The notes under the pieces were generated by a model. It did no database searches. It saw only the letters and a list, made by a program, of their open reading frames with translations, and had not been told where the DNA came from. A stretch of 64,000 bases of DNA. It comes from Schmidtea polychroa. Its lineage: Eukaryota. The position numbers and the translations under genes were made by a program. Shown in pieces: positions 62,438 to 64,000 of this stretch (positions are counted from its first letter, which is position 1; the number at the start of each line of letters is the position of its first letter). The stretch is from positions 94,736,001-94,800,000 of the forward strand of contig CM097885.1 of the NCBI GenBank assembly GCA_044892525.1. Reading direction: 5' to 3'.

Positions 62438-64000
62438 TTATGATATCAAAATCAACCGTTGGTTAAATGATTCTTTTATTAGTTGATAATTTTTCCATGT
62501 ATCGGCTTGATTCCGTTCCTCCTCGTATGACGGTGCCGATTCCCCGATGTTCTCGTTGTCACTTTTGTCCTCATTAGAAGTAGTGGTTACATCAATATAA
62601 CTTACCTTTCTCTTTTTCGTTAATCGTGCTTTCAACGTTTCCAACTCTCGATATTGATGATGTGTTATAAAAAATCTGGCTAACAATGGTATACATCCAA
62701 TAACCAACTTCCACGACAGACCTGTAATAGTGTATAATCTGTGTGTTGATAACACCTGCGAAACTATTACTTTAATCATGATTCCAATCACATATATTCC
62801 GATTAATCCCGCGCAGGCTTGCCCGATAAACATAAATTTTCCCCAAATCTTTTTCATCGTATTATACGTCGCCTTTTTGTAATGATCCACTGTTAATAAA
62901 TAGTCGTAATTCACTTTTCCAGTTCCACTCGGGAGAATAGTGTCTACTATTTCCGTTATTACCCTTTCCTTTTTCGAGGGGAATAATAAGTTTCTGCGTG
63001 CTGCTTCAATATCATCACTTGAATCCATTCCACTTTGAGTCATGCTGTCTAGCGATGTAAAGTTAATTAGATATTCTAATTTTGTCAACTCCAATTTTTC
63101 TGGGACTTTCACCCCTCTATGATCAGGTAGTGCAATCCATGATTCGGGCGTCAGGCGGTATAGTGGAGCCAATAATCTGTTGCACTGCAACACTCTCGGT
63201 TTCGCGTCCTCCTCCAATAAAATTTGTGTCACCGGCTCCATGAATCGTAGCTTCCCATTAACATTCACAGGCAGTTCATTTGTGCATTGATTGTATTTCA
63301 TCAATTTAATAGGTACTGCCTTGCATTTATAACCATATAAGGCTTCACCAAGCATTCGAGCGAATACTCCATTCTCCGAAATCAACATTGGAGCAACTAG
63401 ATTCGGGTTCGTGATAGCCATCACCATTCTGTTTCGCAGGATTTCTTTGTTTAACTTGCAATCATTTAGTATGATTTCCCTGTACACATTTTCAATTGTA
63501 TCTTGGCTAAAATGAAATAAATAGTCAATCTTATTATTGAAATAGTTCGTTAGTTTAATTTCCTCTGCGTACAATTTTGTTTGAGCTTCTTCGACAACTT
63601 TCTTGGATAAATAAATTCCTTTATAATTGGTCTCATAAACAGTTTGTCCACACTTCGTATTTACGCTCTTCCTTAAGAATCTCATCCCATCGTTTGGGGA
63701 CATTGCCATTAAAACCGTTGGCGTTTTCTTCAAGCGTATCGGTGTGATTCTAAGTGTCATATTCATGACTGAGTTTAGCACTGTGCTTTCTGGTCTCTCT
63801 TGGATCTGCTCTCCCGTTATCTCTTTAAAAGGCATTGATTTTAAATGTGCTAAATTGCATTTTTTGGTATCAACTTCATATACCAGAATTGACTCACCTG
63901 TGTTGCAGCTTTTCTCCCTCATGTTACAAAATGGATGGGTTTGCAATTTTCCCGTATCGTCATCGAATGATCCATCAAAATACCTTAATTCGGTTTCATA
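62438..64000 (-). CDS. Class III viral fusion glycoprotein-like ORF (chuvirus G / herpes gB-like env), 5' end beyond the window
   Basis: Open from 64000 (YETELRYFDGSFDDDTGKLQTHPFC..) to the stop at 62438. Motifs CGQTVYETNY, YFNNKIDYL..DC, G.FARMLGEALYGYKCKAV, CTNELPV..FMEPVTQIL..C..LLAP.Y; C-terminal TM segment and basic tail. Confidence 0.75.
   Translation of the reverse strand, partial: YETELRYFDGSFDDDTGKLQTHPFCNMREKSCNTGESILVYEVDTKKCNLAHLKSMPFKEITGEQIQERPESTVLNSVMNMTLRITPIRLKKTPTVLMAMSPNDGMRFLRKSVNTKCGQTVYETNYKGIYLSKKVVEEAQTKLYAEEIKLTNYFNNKIDYLFHFSQDTIENVYREIILNDCKLNKEILRNRMVMAITNPNLVAPMLISENGVFARMLGEALYGYKCKAVPIKLMKYNQCTNELPVNVNGKLRFMEPVTQILLEEDAKPRVLQCNRLLAPLYRLTPESWIALPDHRGVKVPEKLELTKLEYLINFTSLDSMTQSGMDSSDDIEAARRNLLFPSKKERVITEIVDTILPSGTGKVNYDYLLTVDHYKKATYNTMKKIWGKFMFIGQACAGLIGIYVIGIMIKVIVSQVLSTHRLYTITGLSWKLVIGCIPLLARFFITHHQYRELETLKARLTKKRKVSYIDVTTTSNEDKSDNENIGESAPSYEEERNQADTWKNYQLIKESFNQRLILIS

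Noticed and set aside
61452-62464. DIRS/tyrosine-recombinase element explanation for the inverted LTR ends
   Set aside because: Sister LTRs have TG...CA ends and 4-bp TSDs, which indicates DDE integrase insertion; no YR ORF is seen.

Overview
AT-rich, repeat-dense eukaryotic (animal) genomic DNA with four assembly gaps. Short 40-63 nt introns and the TE content suggest a flatworm-like or similarly compact invertebrate genome (inference only). Host genes: a complete 5-exon MRPL15 (minus, 53078-58288), an intronless rhodopsin-family GPCR (39454-40380), and the 5' exons of a tetraspanin-like gene (4381-4835). There is also an intronless PSMA6 pseudogene fragment inside a duplicated-target insertion. 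Most of the rest is nested mobile DNA: a very young full-length Ty3/Gypsy element (11677-16736), a family of ~0.8-1.0 kb TGTT...CCCAACA LTRs (four clean solo copies with 4-bp TSDs plus partial copies), many hAT, Merlin and piggyBac MITEs with verified TSDs, MULE/hAT/Tigger transposase relics and a Penelope RT relic. Best leads: (1) an open chuvirus/herpes-gB-like class III fusion glycoprotein ORF fused to the end of that LTR family through a perfect 22-bp fold-back junction; (2) a textbook minimal type I hammerhead ribozyme flanked by its own 63-bp antisense copy and preceded by a U1-5'-end-like motif, plus a second hammerhead beside the Penelope relic; (3) non-coding elements with AGTAGGTAG termini and 6-bp TSDs that look like non-autonomous Polinton/Maverick derivatives. 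All protein assignments come from motif recognition, not database searches.
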